DNA of 64,000 bases from Archangiaceae bacterium (GCA_040381015.1 JBEIIB010000006.1:1-64000); one strand, 5' to 3'. Shown: positions 36,871-46,539, numbered from the stretch's first letter. Notes: generated from the letters alone by a model not told the origin. Numbers and translations: made by a program.

Positions 36871-37235
36871 GTGTTGCCGTCGACAGTGCCGCCTGACGCA
36901 GACCGCGCTCTTCGATGCCCGGCGTGCGCGCCGGTGAACGAGCCGCGCAGCTCGCCTGCGATCGTCACGCTCGTGCGTCGCGGAGACGAGGCGCTGCTCG
37001 CCAACTCGGGCCGGTTCCCCGTTGCGTTCTTCAGCAGGCTGGCCGGCTTTCCGAGGTGGGAGGGTCGCTCGAAGAGACGCTGGTGCGCGAGGTCCACGAA
37101 GAGGTGGGCCAGGTGCGGCTCGGAGTTCGTCTCGTCATCGAGCGCTTCTCGGAAACCCGGTCGCCGTTCGCGCCTTCTCGAGCATTCGACGGAGCGGCGC
37201 CTCATCAGCGCGAGCCAGCGCGTCGTCCCAGGTGA
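36871..37235 (+). pseudogene. NudC-like (NADH pyrophosphatase-type) NUDIX gene relic, frameshifted and N-terminally truncated
   Basis: Frame of 36871 reads CPACAPVNEPRSSPAIVTLVRRGDEALLANSGRFPVAFFSRLAGF (compare E. coli NudC CPKCG..YPR..P.IIV.IRR.D.ILLA......G....LAGF). The Nudix box continues in the +1 frame (SEVGGSLEETLVREVHEEVGQVRLG) after a CC run near 37050. Restoring one base gives LAGFPEVGGSLEETLVREVHEEVG, a canonical LAGFvE.GEsLE.A..REv.EE.G box. No room for the NudC N-terminal domain upstream. Confidence 0.45.
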
Positions 37236-37701
37236 GCCACTGCGCGCCATGCGATTCGGCCGGGTCGTGCTTCAACGCGTCGGGGGCCTCGGCGACGACG
37301 AGGTAACGCACGTCGAGGTGACGGTGCTCCGGGTCGCCTCTTCGCGCGGGAATGACGTGAACGTCGACGTCGAGTGGACGTGGCGCGTGGGGGTGGAGTG
37401 CGACGTGAAGCCCCGTCTCTTCACGCGCCTCTCGCAGCGCCGTCGCTTCCATCGAGCCGCCATCGGCCGCGTCTGCGTGCCCGCCGGGTTGGAGCCATCG
37501 GTGGAGCTTCGCGTGGAGCAGCAGACAGACGCGCGCGCCGTCGGGGGTCACGACGACAGCGCTGCCGGTGAAGTGGGCGGGCCACTGGGTGCGCGAGAAC
37601 GGCTCGGCGAGGGTGGACGCGAAGTCACGCATCGCTGAGAGATCGAGGCGCTCCTTGTCGTCGAGTGGCCGGTGCGCTGCGAGCAGGTCGATCAGGGTCA
37701 T
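37135..37701 (-). CDS. NUDIX hydrolase
   Basis: ..VCLLLHAKLHRWLQPGGHADAADGGSMEATALREAREETGL.. (REUxEExGU-like box), ..YLVVAEAP..HGAQWLTWDDAL. High GC3. ATG overlaps the stop of the upstream lipoprotein gene (ATGA). Confidence 0.8.
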   Translation of the reverse strand: MTLIDLLAAHRPLDDKERLDLSAMRDFASTLAEPFSRTQWPAHFTGSAVVVTPDGARVCLLLHAKLHRWLQPGGHADAADGGSMEATALREAREETGLHVALHPHAPRPLDVDVHVIPARRGDPEHRHLDVRYLVVAEAPDALKHDPAESHGAQWLTWDDALARADEAPLRRMLEKARTATGFPRSAR

Positions 37702-38933
37702 GGGGTGAGCGGGAGCGGAACGACGCGCAGCTCTCGCGCGGTCGTGCCCAAAAGGAAGAGGAAGTCGCGGCTCGCGCCCACCAGGTCTGGCGGGAGCAGG
37801 TCGAACGACGTGCCGTCGCGGCGCTGCGTGAGGAGCACGATGCGCCGTGGGCCAGCGTCTGGGGAAGTGAGGAGGATCGGCGGGAACCCCCCAGCCAGCT
37901 CAATCACCTCGGTCTGCGCGGGCTGGAGTCCGGGCGGCAAGGGCACCGTGAGCGCGACGCCCGCGTCAAGCACGACGGGGCGTTTGACGAGACTGATGGA
38001 CGTGAACTCGCCAAAGGGGGCGAGGGGCGTCGTTCCCCTGTCGACCAACCAGAGGTACGACGAATCGAGCCCGAGGAAGCGGGCGTCATCTCCGTTCACC
38101 ACGCAGCGGCTCTGATCTCCTGGTCGTGCCGTGACTTCGCAGATCGACCCCGGCGTGACGCTGAGCACCCGAGGGCGCTCCGACCACCGCGCGCCCGACG
38201 AGAGCCCGTGGTCCCGCCGTTCCAAAGTCCCGGCGTCGAAGTCGTAGCGCGAGGGGCCGACGATCGCGCTGAGCTCGTCGGCCGAGCTGCCAGCCCCGGC
38301 CAGGAGCAGGGTCGCCGTCGCGGTCAGCACCAGGCCGGCGTCAGGCTGGTCCTCATACCTGCGGATGTCGGAGCGCCCGATCGCCCAGGCGACGTTGCCC
38401 ACGGTGAGCAGCCGCTCGACGCCAGTCAGCGTAACCGACTGACCATCGCGCGATGCCAGGAAGCCACCGTCTCGAGTCGCGCAGAACTGGGTGCCCGTGG
38501 TGGTCCGCGCCGGGCGAACACAGGGCTCGGGAAACCGCAGCAGGAAGCCCGCGTCGCCTTGACGATCGGTGCCGACGAAGACCGGCAGCTGGACGACGCC
38601 AAGGGTCGGTTCGACGAACACCTGCAGGAAGTGAGTCCCTGCAGCGAGGGCCGGAAGGGCGACCTCGAGCTCGACCGTCCCCCCGACCTGGATCAGCCGC
38701 GTCACCTCGACCGGCACCCGCGTCCCCGACGGGGTGGTCAGCAGTGGCTGTGCGCTCAGCGCACCCTCGGGGAGGGGGCACGCGGTGCCCGTCAGGACGA
38801 ACGAGAACGCCTGCGGCACACCTGCGCTCATGAGGAGCGCGGCAGGGAGAGGAGGGCGAGGGAAGACCAGGGTGCAGTCCCCGGTCGAAGGAGGACACGA
38901 GGTCAGCAGCAGGGCGAGCCAGAGGTGCTTCAC
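37698..38933 (-). CDS. hypothetical lipoprotein
   Basis: MKHLWLALLLTSCPPSTGDC (lipobox LLTSC). 411 aa. Translationally coupled to the downstream NUDIX gene. Confidence 0.6.
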   Translation of the reverse strand: MKHLWLALLLTSCPPSTGDCTLVFPRPPLPAALLMSAGVPQAFSFVLTGTACPLPEGALSAQPLLTTPSGTRVPVEVTRLIQVGGTVELEVALPALAAGTHFLQVFVEPTLGVVQLPVFVGTDRQGDAGFLLRFPEPCVRPARTTTGTQFCATRDGGFLASRDGQSVTLTGVERLLTVGNVAWAIGRSDIRRYEDQPDAGLVLTATATLLLAGAGSSADELSAIVGPSRYDFDAGTLERRDHGLSSGARWSERPRVLSVTPGSICEVTARPGDQSRCVVNGDDARFLGLDSSYLWLVDRGTTPLAPFGEFTSISLVKRPVVLDAGVALTVPLPPGLQPAQTEVIELAGGFPPILLTSPDAGPRRIVLLTQRRDGTSFDLLPPDLVGASRDFLFLLGTTARELRVVPLPLTP

Positions 38934-39289
38934 GAGGCGTTCATAGACACGCGGCGAGCCGCAGGGAACGTCAGGGGCTCAACGAGGTGACGCCGCAGGC
39001 TGGCCGAGGTGATGCGGACTCGGGCTGGTGAGCTGATGAAGCTGGCGGCGCCAGAACGGTGCGGGCGGGGACTCACGCGGTGAGGCGCTGCGTGAGCGTG
39101 CAGAGAAGGAAGGTGACTTGACCGGTCGTTCGGACACATGGGAGCTCAGTCTCAGACCTTCCCCGCACCCCGGCGGGCCCCAACGCCCCCTCGACGCCCT
39201 TCCCGTTTTCAGCTGTGTTCGACTCGTTCTTACGAGGCGCGCTGACCTTCGACGCCGACACCGTGAGCGATCCTCCGAAGGGCTCGCCC

Positions 39290-39655
39290 ATGTTGTTCAG
39301 GTTTCATCAGGATGTGCGCCGGGAGTTCAGTGGCTCCCGGAGTGTCGAGGAGCAGCGCGTCGCCTATCCTGATTGCGGGCGGCTGTACCTGCGAACGCTG
39401 ACCAACGCGACCCGGTGCTCGTGCGGCCAGGCCTTCGTCGTCGTCTTCACGGAGCGCGTGGACTTCCGCGACGGGTCCGACACGCAGGTCGAGCTCGCGG
39501 TCGCACTCTGGCCCGCAGAGCTCGAAGGCCTCGAGGGCGCGTTCCAACCACTCACGCTCACGAAGCTCGTCCGTGGCAGGGCCTTTCTCGTGAAGAGCAC
39601 TGGAGACGCGCCGCGGTGGGTCGCCTCGGGCTTCTCCATCGGCCCGCACGACTGA
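39290..39655 (+). CDS. hypothetical protein
   Basis: ORF 39215..39655. Strong GC3 from the ATG at about 39290 (MLFRFHQDVRREFSGS..). Contains CSCGQ. No family recognised. Confidence 0.45.
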   Translation: MLFRFHQDVRREFSGSRSVEEQRVAYPDCGRLYLRTLTNATRCSCGQAFVVVFTERVDFRDGSDTQVELAVALWPAELEGLEGAFQPLTLTKLVRGRAFLVKSTGDAPRWVASGFSIGPHD

Positions 39656-39803
39656 GTTCGTCTCTTTCGCGCGACGGCCGACTCAGGGGCTCGACCTCTT
39701 CAATCACTGCACCACCAACCACCGGCCCACGCGGCGAACGAGACCGCCCAGGCAGCCGGCGCGACCGTTCGGCCAGAGCCCCTGCCGTCGCGGGGCCGCC
39801 TGG

Positions 39804-40928
39804 GTGACGCTGCACCCCATGAAGCGGCTCTCGCGGTGGTCCCTCTTCCTCGTCGCTGTGCTGGCCCTGCAGGTGCTGCGGGTCGAGGCGTGCGTCAGCA
39901 CCTCGCAGGCCGATGCCGAGGCGCGCCTCGCGTACCTCGCGCGCAGAATCGACGACGGCTCGTTCCCCGGCCTCGCGCCCGGGCCGCCCTTCGACGGTGA
40001 GTGGAAGGTCGGCACGCTGTCGATGTCGTCGCTCGCCGCGCTCAACCTCGCGCACGCCCGCCCCACGACGCGCCCGGCGCGCGCCGCGATGGTGTCGGCC
40101 TGGGCCGCGCGCATGCTGCGCGACGACGTGCGCGCGTTCGACGCCGCGAAGTGGCGCTCCGACGCGCTGGCGACGCTGACGGGCCCCGAGGGCCATGCCG
40201 GCTACCTGGGGCACCTGGCGGTCGTCTTCGGGGCCCGATGCGCGCTGACTGGCGTCGTCGAGCCGCTGCACGCGCAGGTCGTCGACGCGCTGGCCCGCCG
40301 GGTGGATGCGTCCGAGAGCGCGCTCCTCGAGACGTACCCCGGGGAGACGTACGTGCCCGACAACGTCGCCGTCGCCGCCGGCATCGCGATGTTCAACGCC
40401 TGCGCCGGCACGGGGGCGCATGCGCCGACGCTGGAGCGCTGGGTGCGGACGATGCGAGCGCGCTGGCTCGACGAGCGCACCGGTGTGCTGGTGTTCGCGC
40501 CGGGGCAGGGCGCGAGGGGCTCGGGCGCGGCGTGGAACGCCATCTTCCTCCCGTTCGTCGACGAGGCCTTCGCGCGGGAGCAGGCCGAGCAGACGTGGCA
40601 CACCTTCGGAGACGAGGCGCTCGGCGGGTGGCTCGCCGGCGTGCGCGAGTGGCCCGTGGGTGAGACGCGGGGCGGCGACGTCGACTCCGGCCCCCTCGTC
40701 TTCGGCGTCTCGCCCTCCGCGACGGGCTTCATGCTCGCCGCGGGGCTGCACCAGGAGCAGCTCCTGGCCACCATCGAGCTCGCCGGGTTCTCGTTCGGCG
40801 TGGAGGAGCGGCGGTACCTTCTCAGCCCGCTCGTCGGCGACGCCATCATCCTCGCCGCGAAGACGGCAGGCGCGAGGCGGGGCCGAGGCTTGTCGGTGGG
40901 CGCTGCCGACGGCGCGCCTGCTCCGTGA
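39804..40928 (+). CDS. secreted hypothetical protein
   Basis: MTLHPMKRLSRWSLFLVAVLALQVLRVEA signal peptide. 374 aa, Ala/Gly-rich. No motif recognised. Confidence 0.5.
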   Translation: MTLHPMKRLSRWSLFLVAVLALQVLRVEACVSTSQADAEARLAYLARRIDDGSFPGLAPGPPFDGEWKVGTLSMSSLAALNLAHARPTTRPARAAMVSAWAARMLRDDVRAFDAAKWRSDALATLTGPEGHAGYLGHLAVVFGARCALTGVVEPLHAQVVDALARRVDASESALLETYPGETYVPDNVAVAAGIAMFNACAGTGAHAPTLERWVRTMRARWLDERTGVLVFAPGQGARGSGAAWNAIFLPFVDEAFAREQAEQTWHTFGDEALGGWLAGVREWPVGETRGGDVDSGPLVFGVSPSATGFMLAAGLHQEQLLATIELAGFSFGVEERRYLLSPLVGDAIILAAKTAGARRGRGLSVGAADGAPAP

Positions 40929-41209
40929 GGACGGGGTGCCGGCCAACTGCCGTCGGTCGGTTTCGAAGGTCAGCGCCTCGTGTTCGAGCGGCGGTGGGCC
41001 GTCCATCACGTCGCCGCGAGGCCCGACGCGCACGTGTCCGATGGCGTGGCTGACGAAGGCCCTGCGGCGCCCATTCGCGAAGCACCTGCGCCCATCCTTC
41101 GCCGTGGCGCCAGGCTTGTCGTCGCTCCGCACCACCCTGCCGGTCGCCTCACCGGCGGAGCAGCTCATCATTCGCTCGCGCAGGCACGCGCCTTGCGAAG
41201 CGGGTCACC

Positions 41210-43312
41210 ATGCGACGAGCGTGGTGGTTGATCCTCCTGGCGGCGTGCGGCGATCGGCTCGTGGTTCCCGTGGGTTCAGGCGAGCTGGGCCTGCCAGACG
41301 CCGTTCAGTTCCCCGCGACCGCCCTCAGTTTCCCGAGGGAGCAGGCCATTCCAGTGGTGAACCGTGGGCGCGCGCCGAAGACCGTCACGCTCTCGACCGC
41401 GGCGCCGTTCAGCGTGCCGACGGCGGTCCTCGAGGTGCCCGGCGGGGCGGAGGTCGCGCTCTCCATCGCCTTCACGCCCGTCGCGCTTGGCGTGGCGCAG
41501 GGCACGCTCGAGGTCGACGGCGTCTCCATTCCGCTCGAGGGCCTTGGCGTCACGGCGCCGGAGTGTGGCGCGGCCGGTCCGTGCGAGGTGGTGCGCTTCG
41601 ACCCGAACACCGTCTCGTGCGTGCGGGGAGCGAAGGCGAACGGTACCGCCTGCGAGGACGCGCTCGGGTGCATCGAGGCGGGCGCGTGCGAGGAGGGGCG
41701 CTGCCTCGGCCGCGCGGCCCGCTGTGACGACGCCGACGCGTGCACCACCGACGCGTGCGCCGTCGGCCGGGGCTGCCGGCACGAGGCCGTCGAGTGCGCC
41801 GCCTCCACCACCCCCTGCCTCGCGCCGCGCTGCGACCCGCGCCTTGGCTGCACCACCTCGCCGGTCCAGGACGGCACGCCCTGTGGTGCGGTGAGCTGCG
41901 AGCTGGCCAACGTCTGCCTCGCGGGCGCCTGCCGCACGGTCGTTCCACCCGAGGGCTTCACCTGCGCGCCGGAGTCTGCCTGCCGCGGGGAAGGCGTCTG
42001 TCGCGCCAAGCAGTGCGTGACACCACCCCAGCGAGACCTGAAGCCGCGCTGGACGTACACCTCGAACGACGGCGACCTCCGCTTCGAGGGCGTCACCGAC
42101 GCGCAGGGCCACTGGTACTGGCTCGAGTGCGGCGCCGGCGCGATGCCGCAGCCCGGCCATCGGTGCTCTGCCGTCTCGCGCACCGCCGACGGGCTCGAGC
42201 GCTTCCGCACCGACGTCACCGGACCCGGCGTGCTGCGCGGGACGACCTCGCACACGCAGCTCCTCGCGGACGGCCGCTTCATCTTCGTCACCAACGAGAC
42301 CACCCTCGTTGCGGTCGACGCGACCTCGGGCGCGCTGGTCTGGCAACGCACGATGACCAGCCTGCCTTCGACCGGCTTCAGGGACATCGCCGAGCTCGCA
42401 GAGGACGGCCACGGCCAGCTGTGGACAGTGGTACGCAGCGCGCAGAACCGCCAGCGGCAAGACGCCCTCGTGCGCCTCGACGCCTCCACCGGTGCCGTAC
42501 GCGGAGAGTCGATTCAGCAGGCGAGCCTGCGTGGCCTCGTGCTCGACGACGCCGGGCGTGCGTTCGCGCTCCGGCGCCCCCCTGACGGGCTTCCAGGAGG
42601 CTTCTCTGCGCTCGTCCGGTTCGAGCCCGACGGCTCCGAGCGCTTCGCCGTGCAGCTGCCCATCGGCCAGCTCCCGGTGATGGTGCTGGGCGGTCGCGTG
42701 GTGCTGCAGGACGACTCGGTGCGCAGCGCGGTCGATGGCCGTGAGCTCGAGCCGCCGCTCACGGCCGACTGGACGGCCTGGCAGTGGACCGGCGTCGGCG
42801 CTGACGCGACGAGCCGCGTGCGCGTCACCCAGTCCACCTACGACTTGCTGCCCTCGACCATCGCGCTGCACGTGACGACGCGAGGGCAGCGCCTGAAGGC
42901 CTTCGAGGTCGTCGCGAGCCGCGCGAGCGATCTGTACCTCACGGCGGGCGGCGAGGCCCTCTTCCTGACCGCCGACGAGCAGGGCCACGCGTCGGCCGCC
43001 ACCGCGACCCATGTTCGGCAGGTGCACCCGCGCGGGCTCGAGCTGATGAGCTGCAACCTCGTGGACGAGGCCTTCTGGCGCGGCGGCGCTGAGGGCCCGC
43101 TCGGGCCGCTGCAGTTCGGCCGGGAGACGGGCTTCAATGGCCGATGGCTCGCGGTGCGCTCCCTGCCCATCGACTGTCCGGTCTGCGACGCCGATTTCTG
43201 GGCGCCGCCTCGGCTCGCCTTCTACGACCTCGGTCGTCCGGGCCCGGGCGTCGGCCCACGCGGCTGGGTCGGCCCACGGGGAACGCCTGGCGGAAGTCAG
43301 CGAGCGCGCTGA
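41210..43312 (+). CDS. lipoprotein with myxobacterial Cys-rich repeats and a C-terminal beta-propeller-like region
   Basis: MRRAWWLILLAACG (lipobox). Repeated CxDADACTTDACAVGRGC / C..PRC.P..GC units. C-terminal half has repetitive beta-strand-like segments. Confidence 0.65.
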   Translation: MRRAWWLILLAACGDRLVVPVGSGELGLPDAVQFPATALSFPREQAIPVVNRGRAPKTVTLSTAAPFSVPTAVLEVPGGAEVALSIAFTPVALGVAQGTLEVDGVSIPLEGLGVTAPECGAAGPCEVVRFDPNTVSCVRGAKANGTACEDALGCIEAGACEEGRCLGRAARCDDADACTTDACAVGRGCRHEAVECAASTTPCLAPRCDPRLGCTTSPVQDGTPCGAVSCELANVCLAGACRTVVPPEGFTCAPESACRGEGVCRAKQCVTPPQRDLKPRWTYTSNDGDLRFEGVTDAQGHWYWLECGAGAMPQPGHRCSAVSRTADGLERFRTDVTGPGVLRGTTSHTQLLADGRFIFVTNETTLVAVDATSGALVWQRTMTSLPSTGFRDIAELAEDGHGQLWTVVRSAQNRQRQDALVRLDASTGAVRGESIQQASLRGLVLDDAGRAFALRRPPDGLPGGFSALVRFEPDGSERFAVQLPIGQLPVMVLGGRVVLQDDSVRSAVDGRELEPPLTADWTAWQWTGVGADATSRVRVTQSTYDLLPSTIALHVTTRGQRLKAFEVVASRASDLYLTAGGEALFLTADEQGHASAATATHVRQVHPRGLELMSCNLVDEAFWRGGAEGPLGPLQFGRETGFNGRWLAVRSLPIDCPVCDADFWAPPRLAFYDLGRPGPGVGPRGWVGPRGTPGGSQRAR

Positions 43313-43455
43313 GCCCCGGCCCTCGCCGCGTGAAGCCCGCGAAGGTGCGCTCCGCGCAGGCCTGCCAGCGCGTGCGGGACCGCAGAAGTCGCGCCTTCAC
43401 GCCACCACGCATGCAGGAGGGCGCCGTCGGCGACGCTGGTTATGGTGCCGACGCC

Positions 43456-43998
43456 ATGATCGCCTCGACCCGCTCACTCCTCGTCTCGTTCGCACTGCTC
43501 ACCGGGTGCACTGCCAGCACGACGGAGCGCCTCAAGCTGTCTCCCCTGGCGACGGTCCCGAAGGTCGAGCTCAGCCGTTACCTCGGCACCTGGTACGAGA
43601 TCGCCAGCTTCCCGCAGCGCTTCCAGCGCGGGTGCACGGGGACGACGGCGAACTACACGCTCCGGGAAGACGGGGAGATCGACGTGCTCAACCGCTGCCG
43701 CAAGGAGCGCCTCGAAGGTGAGGAGAGCGTCGCGAAGGGCCGCGCGCGCGTGGTGGACTCGACGACGAACGCGAAGCTGCAGGTCAGCTTCTTTCGTCCC
43801 TTCTGGGGCGACTACTGGGTCATCGACCTCGGCGCGGAGTACGAGTTCGCCGTCGTCGGCCACCCCGGCCGCGACTTCCTCTGGGTCCTGAGCCGCACGC
43901 CGACGATGGAGCCCGCGATGTACGAGGACATCGTCTCGCGGTTGAGAGCGCACGGCTACGAGACGGACCGGCTGGTGAAGACGCTCCAGCCGGGCTGA
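43456..43998 (+). CDS. blc: bacterial lipocalin (Blc-like outer-membrane lipoprotein)
   Basis: MIASTRSLLVSFALLTGC (lipobox). ..LSRYLGTWYEIASFP.. lipocalin SCR1 motif (GxWYEI). ..TDRLVKTLQ C-terminus. Confidence 0.85.
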   Translation: MIASTRSLLVSFALLTGCTASTTERLKLSPLATVPKVELSRYLGTWYEIASFPQRFQRGCTGTTANYTLREDGEIDVLNRCRKERLEGEESVAKGRARVVDSTTNAKLQVSFFRPFWGDYWVIDLGAEYEFAVVGHPGRDFLWVLSRTPTMEPAMYEDIVSRLRAHGYETDRLVKTLQPG

Positions 43999-44046
43999 TC
44001 GGGCTCAACCCGCCGGCGGCCGCCAGTGCGCTCCGAAGACCTGCCG

Positions 44047-46539
44047 TCACTGCGCGGGAATGCGGAACGTGCCTTCCTTGCAGCCGACCTGCACCTCGTT
44101 GATGAGGTTGGGCGCGGTGGGGTCGAACACGAAGCTCTGCACCGCGAACTCCCGGCGCGCGCCGGGAATGAGCGAGGCGAACGCCATGCGGCGCTGGCCG
44201 GGGGCGTAGAGGGTGCAGGCGTTCCAGCTGAACTTCGAGGTGTTCTGCAGGAAGACGGCCCAGACCGGGTCGGTCTGCAACTTGAGCAGTCCGGTCATCG
44301 AACCCTTCCCAGCAGCCGGTGCGCCCGTCGCGGCCGCCGCGGGAGCGCTCCCCGTTGCGTCGAGTGACGCGAAGCGCGCGCCCGTCGCCTTCGCGGCGTC
44401 GGGATCGAGCAGCACGCGACCCAGCTTGCCCTGCACCTCCATCACGGTCGCCGTGCCGAGCTTCAGGCGCTTTCCGTCGTTCTGCGTCGGGCCGACGATG
44501 ACGAGCTCCTGGCCGGCGACGAGGCCTTCAGGCTTGCCGGCGCGCACGTACAGCTTGTCGCCGTCGGCGAAGAGCTCGACGGCCTTCTTCACGTCGAGGC
44601 TGTTGCTGGGCGCCGCGACCTCTTTCACGTCACCGATGGCGACGAAGCGGTCTCCCGACGCGCCCGTGGCCTCGGCGTCGAGCGCGAGCCGCGACATCTT
44701 CGGGAACACCTCCATCACGGTGCCGGTGCCAACGCGCGTGCGCTTTCCATCGGCGCCCGGGCCGCTCACGATGACGAGGGTCTGGCCCACGACGAGACCG
44801 TCCGGAGTGCCCGCGCGGGCATACGTCTTGTTCGCGTCGGTGAAGAGCTCGACGGCCCGCTTCACCTCGATGCTCACCGGGCCACCCGGCTTCGAAGGCG
44901 CGGTGACCTTCACGTCGCCCAGCGCAGCGAAGCGGGCTCCCTGGGCTTGAGCCGCGGCCGCGTCGAGCGCCACGCGAGCCATCTTCGGGAAGAGCTCCAT
45001 CACGGTGCCGCTGCCGACCTGCTGCCGCTTCCCGTCACTCCCGGGCGCGCCGATGATGATCAGCGTGCCGCCGACGACGAGGCCGTCTCCCTGGCCCGCG
45101 CGCACGTACGTCTTGTCACCGTCGACGAAGAGCTCGGCGGTCTTCTTCGCCTCGACGACGTCTCCGGTCGCCGCCTGCACCGTGTCGGTGATGGGCGGAA
45201 CGATGACGGGCGTCGGGTCCTTCGGTGGCTCGGGCGGGCGCTCGTCAGGCGGTGGCGTCGGACCGCCTTTCACCACCTCGACGGGCTTCAGCGGCGCGAC
45301 CGCCACCGGCGTCTGCTCGATCGTCACCGTGCTGCTGCGCATGGAGGAGATGGCGTACCCGCCGCCGAGGAGCACCAGCGCAGCGGCGAGGACGGCGCCG
45401 ATGATGACGGGCGCTTTCGACGGTGGAAGGGCTGCGGCCTGGAGTTGTGCGGTGGTCATGGGGGCTCCCTGGTCTGGTGAAGGTGCTGCGGCAGGCGAGG
45501 TGCGCTCGACGGCGCGGTGCGTGGCGGTCGGCTTGACGAGGGTCGGCTCGATGGGGTCCGAGACCGGCAGGCTCCGAAGGGTGGACACCCGCGTGAGCAG
45601 CGCCTGCGTCGACTGGTACTCCGACGCGCAGAACTGCTTCACGAAGTCACCGATCTGCACCTTCGACGGCATGCCCGACAACTTGAGCAGCTCGTCGAGC
45701 AACGCGCGGGCGAAGTCGTCGGTGGTGGGGAAGCGATGGTCGGGGTTCGCCGACAGCGCCTTGAGCACCACGGTCTCGAGCGAAGCGGGCACTTCGGGGC
45801 GCAGCGGCGAGATCGGCTTGAGCGCGGGTGTCGCCATCGCCACCACCATCTCGGTGAGCGTCCCGCGCGGCACGAAGGGGCGGTTGGCGAGCAACTCCCA
45901 CAGGCAGATGCCCAGCGCATATTGATCGGCCCGGTGGTCGACGTTCTCGCCGCGCGCCTGCTCCGGCGCCATGTAGCCGAGCTTGCCCATCACTGACGGG
46001 GCGCCCGTCATCTTGCTGCGCGCTTCCGACTTGGCGATGCCGAAGTCGATGACCTTCACCTCGCCCTCGTACGACACCATGAGGTTCTGAGGGCTGACGT
46101 CGCGGTGCACGATGTTCATCGGCGAGCCGTCGACGGCAGTCTTGCGGTGCGCGGAGCCGAGGCCTTCGGCGGCCTGCTGCACGAGGTAGACGCTGACCGG
46201 CACCGGCAGCACCTGGTTCGAGTCACGCACGTGCTGATGGAGCCGCGCGAGATCGATGCCCGCCACGTACTCGAGCGCGAGGTAGAGCGTGCCGCCCTCG
46301 TCACCCATGTCGAACACCTGGGCGATGTTCGAGTGCTGCAGCTGCGTCAGCACCCGGCCTTCATGGAGGAACCGCGAAACGAACGATTGGTCCTTCGCGA
46401 TGGCGGGCAGCACCGTCTTCACGATGCAGAGCTTCTCGAAGCCTCCGGTGCCGGTGAGGCGCGCGAGCCAGACCGAGCCCATGCCGCCTTCACCGAGCTG
46501 TTCGAGGAGCTCGTATCGTCCCAACTTCTGAAGCGCCAT
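44047..46539 (-). CDS. Ser/Thr protein kinase with TM helix and three tandem approx 95-aa extracytoplasmic repeats
   Basis: GEGGMGSVWLA..IVK, HRDVSPQNLM, DFGIAK, GKLGYMAPE. TM segment APVIIGAVLAAALVLLGGG. Three repeats KxAVELFxDGDKxYVRAG.PDGLVVGQxLxIxGPxxDGKRxxVGxGTVMEVFPKM.R..LD..A.GA.GARF. Confidence 0.9.
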   Translation of the reverse strand: MALQKLGRYELLEQLGEGGMGSVWLARLTGTGGFEKLCIVKTVLPAIAKDQSFVSRFLHEGRVLTQLQHSNIAQVFDMGDEGGTLYLALEYVAGIDLARLHQHVRDSNQVLPVPVSVYLVQQAAEGLGSAHRKTAVDGSPMNIVHRDVSPQNLMVSYEGEVKVIDFGIAKSEARSKMTGAPSVMGKLGYMAPEQARGENVDHRADQYALGICLWELLANRPFVPRGTLTEMVVAMATPALKPISPLRPEVPASLETVVLKALSANPDHRFPTTDDFARALLDELLKLSGMPSKVQIGDFVKQFCASEYQSTQALLTRVSTLRSLPVSDPIEPTLVKPTATHRAVERTSPAAAPSPDQGAPMTTAQLQAAALPPSKAPVIIGAVLAAALVLLGGGYAISSMRSSTVTIEQTPVAVAPLKPVEVVKGGPTPPPDERPPEPPKDPTPVIVPPITDTVQAATGDVVEAKKTAELFVDGDKTYVRAGQGDGLVVGGTLIIIGAPGSDGKRQQVGSGTVMELFPKMARVALDAAAAQAQGARFAALGDVKVTAPSKPGGPVSIEVKRAVELFTDANKTYARAGTPDGLVVGQTLVIVSGPGADGKRTRVGTGTVMEVFPKMSRLALDAEATGASGDRFVAIGDVKEVAAPSNSLDVKKAVELFADGDKLYVRAGKPEGLVAGQELVIVGPTQNDGKRLKLGTATVMEVQGKLGRVLLDPDAAKATGARFASLDATGSAPAAAATGAPAAGKGSMTGLLKLQTDPVWAVFLQNTSKFSWNACTLYAPGQRRMAFASLIPGARREFAVQSFVFDPTAPNLINEVQVGCKEGTFRIPAQ
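44305..45147. repeat. three tandem coding repeats (about 270-285 bp each) inside the kinase gene
   Basis: Protein-level repeats at aa 465-559, 560-650 and 651-745 of the kinase, with long identical peptide stretches (VELF.D..K.Y.RAG, DGKR, GTVME.FPKM). Confidence 0.6.

Noticed and set aside
37665-38990. 441-aa plus ORF opposite the lipoprotein gene 37698..38933
   Set aside because: Extreme Arg/Glu/Gly content. The minus-strand gene has a lipobox and is ATGA-coupled to the NUDIX gene.
39558-41171. 537-aa minus ORF
   Set aside because: Arg-rich antisense of two plus-strand genes (39804..40928 and the start of 41210..43312).
41276-43027. 583-aa minus ORF and 41305..42489 394-aa minus ORF
   Set aside because: Antisense to the Cys-rich repeat lipoprotein. 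Low-complexity R/A/G composition.
44010-44019. Perfect 10-bp palindrome CCGCCGGCGG between convergent blc and kinase stops, considered as a terminator
   Set aside because: No loop and no following T-tract. In a 70% GC genome such short GC palindromes occur by chance.
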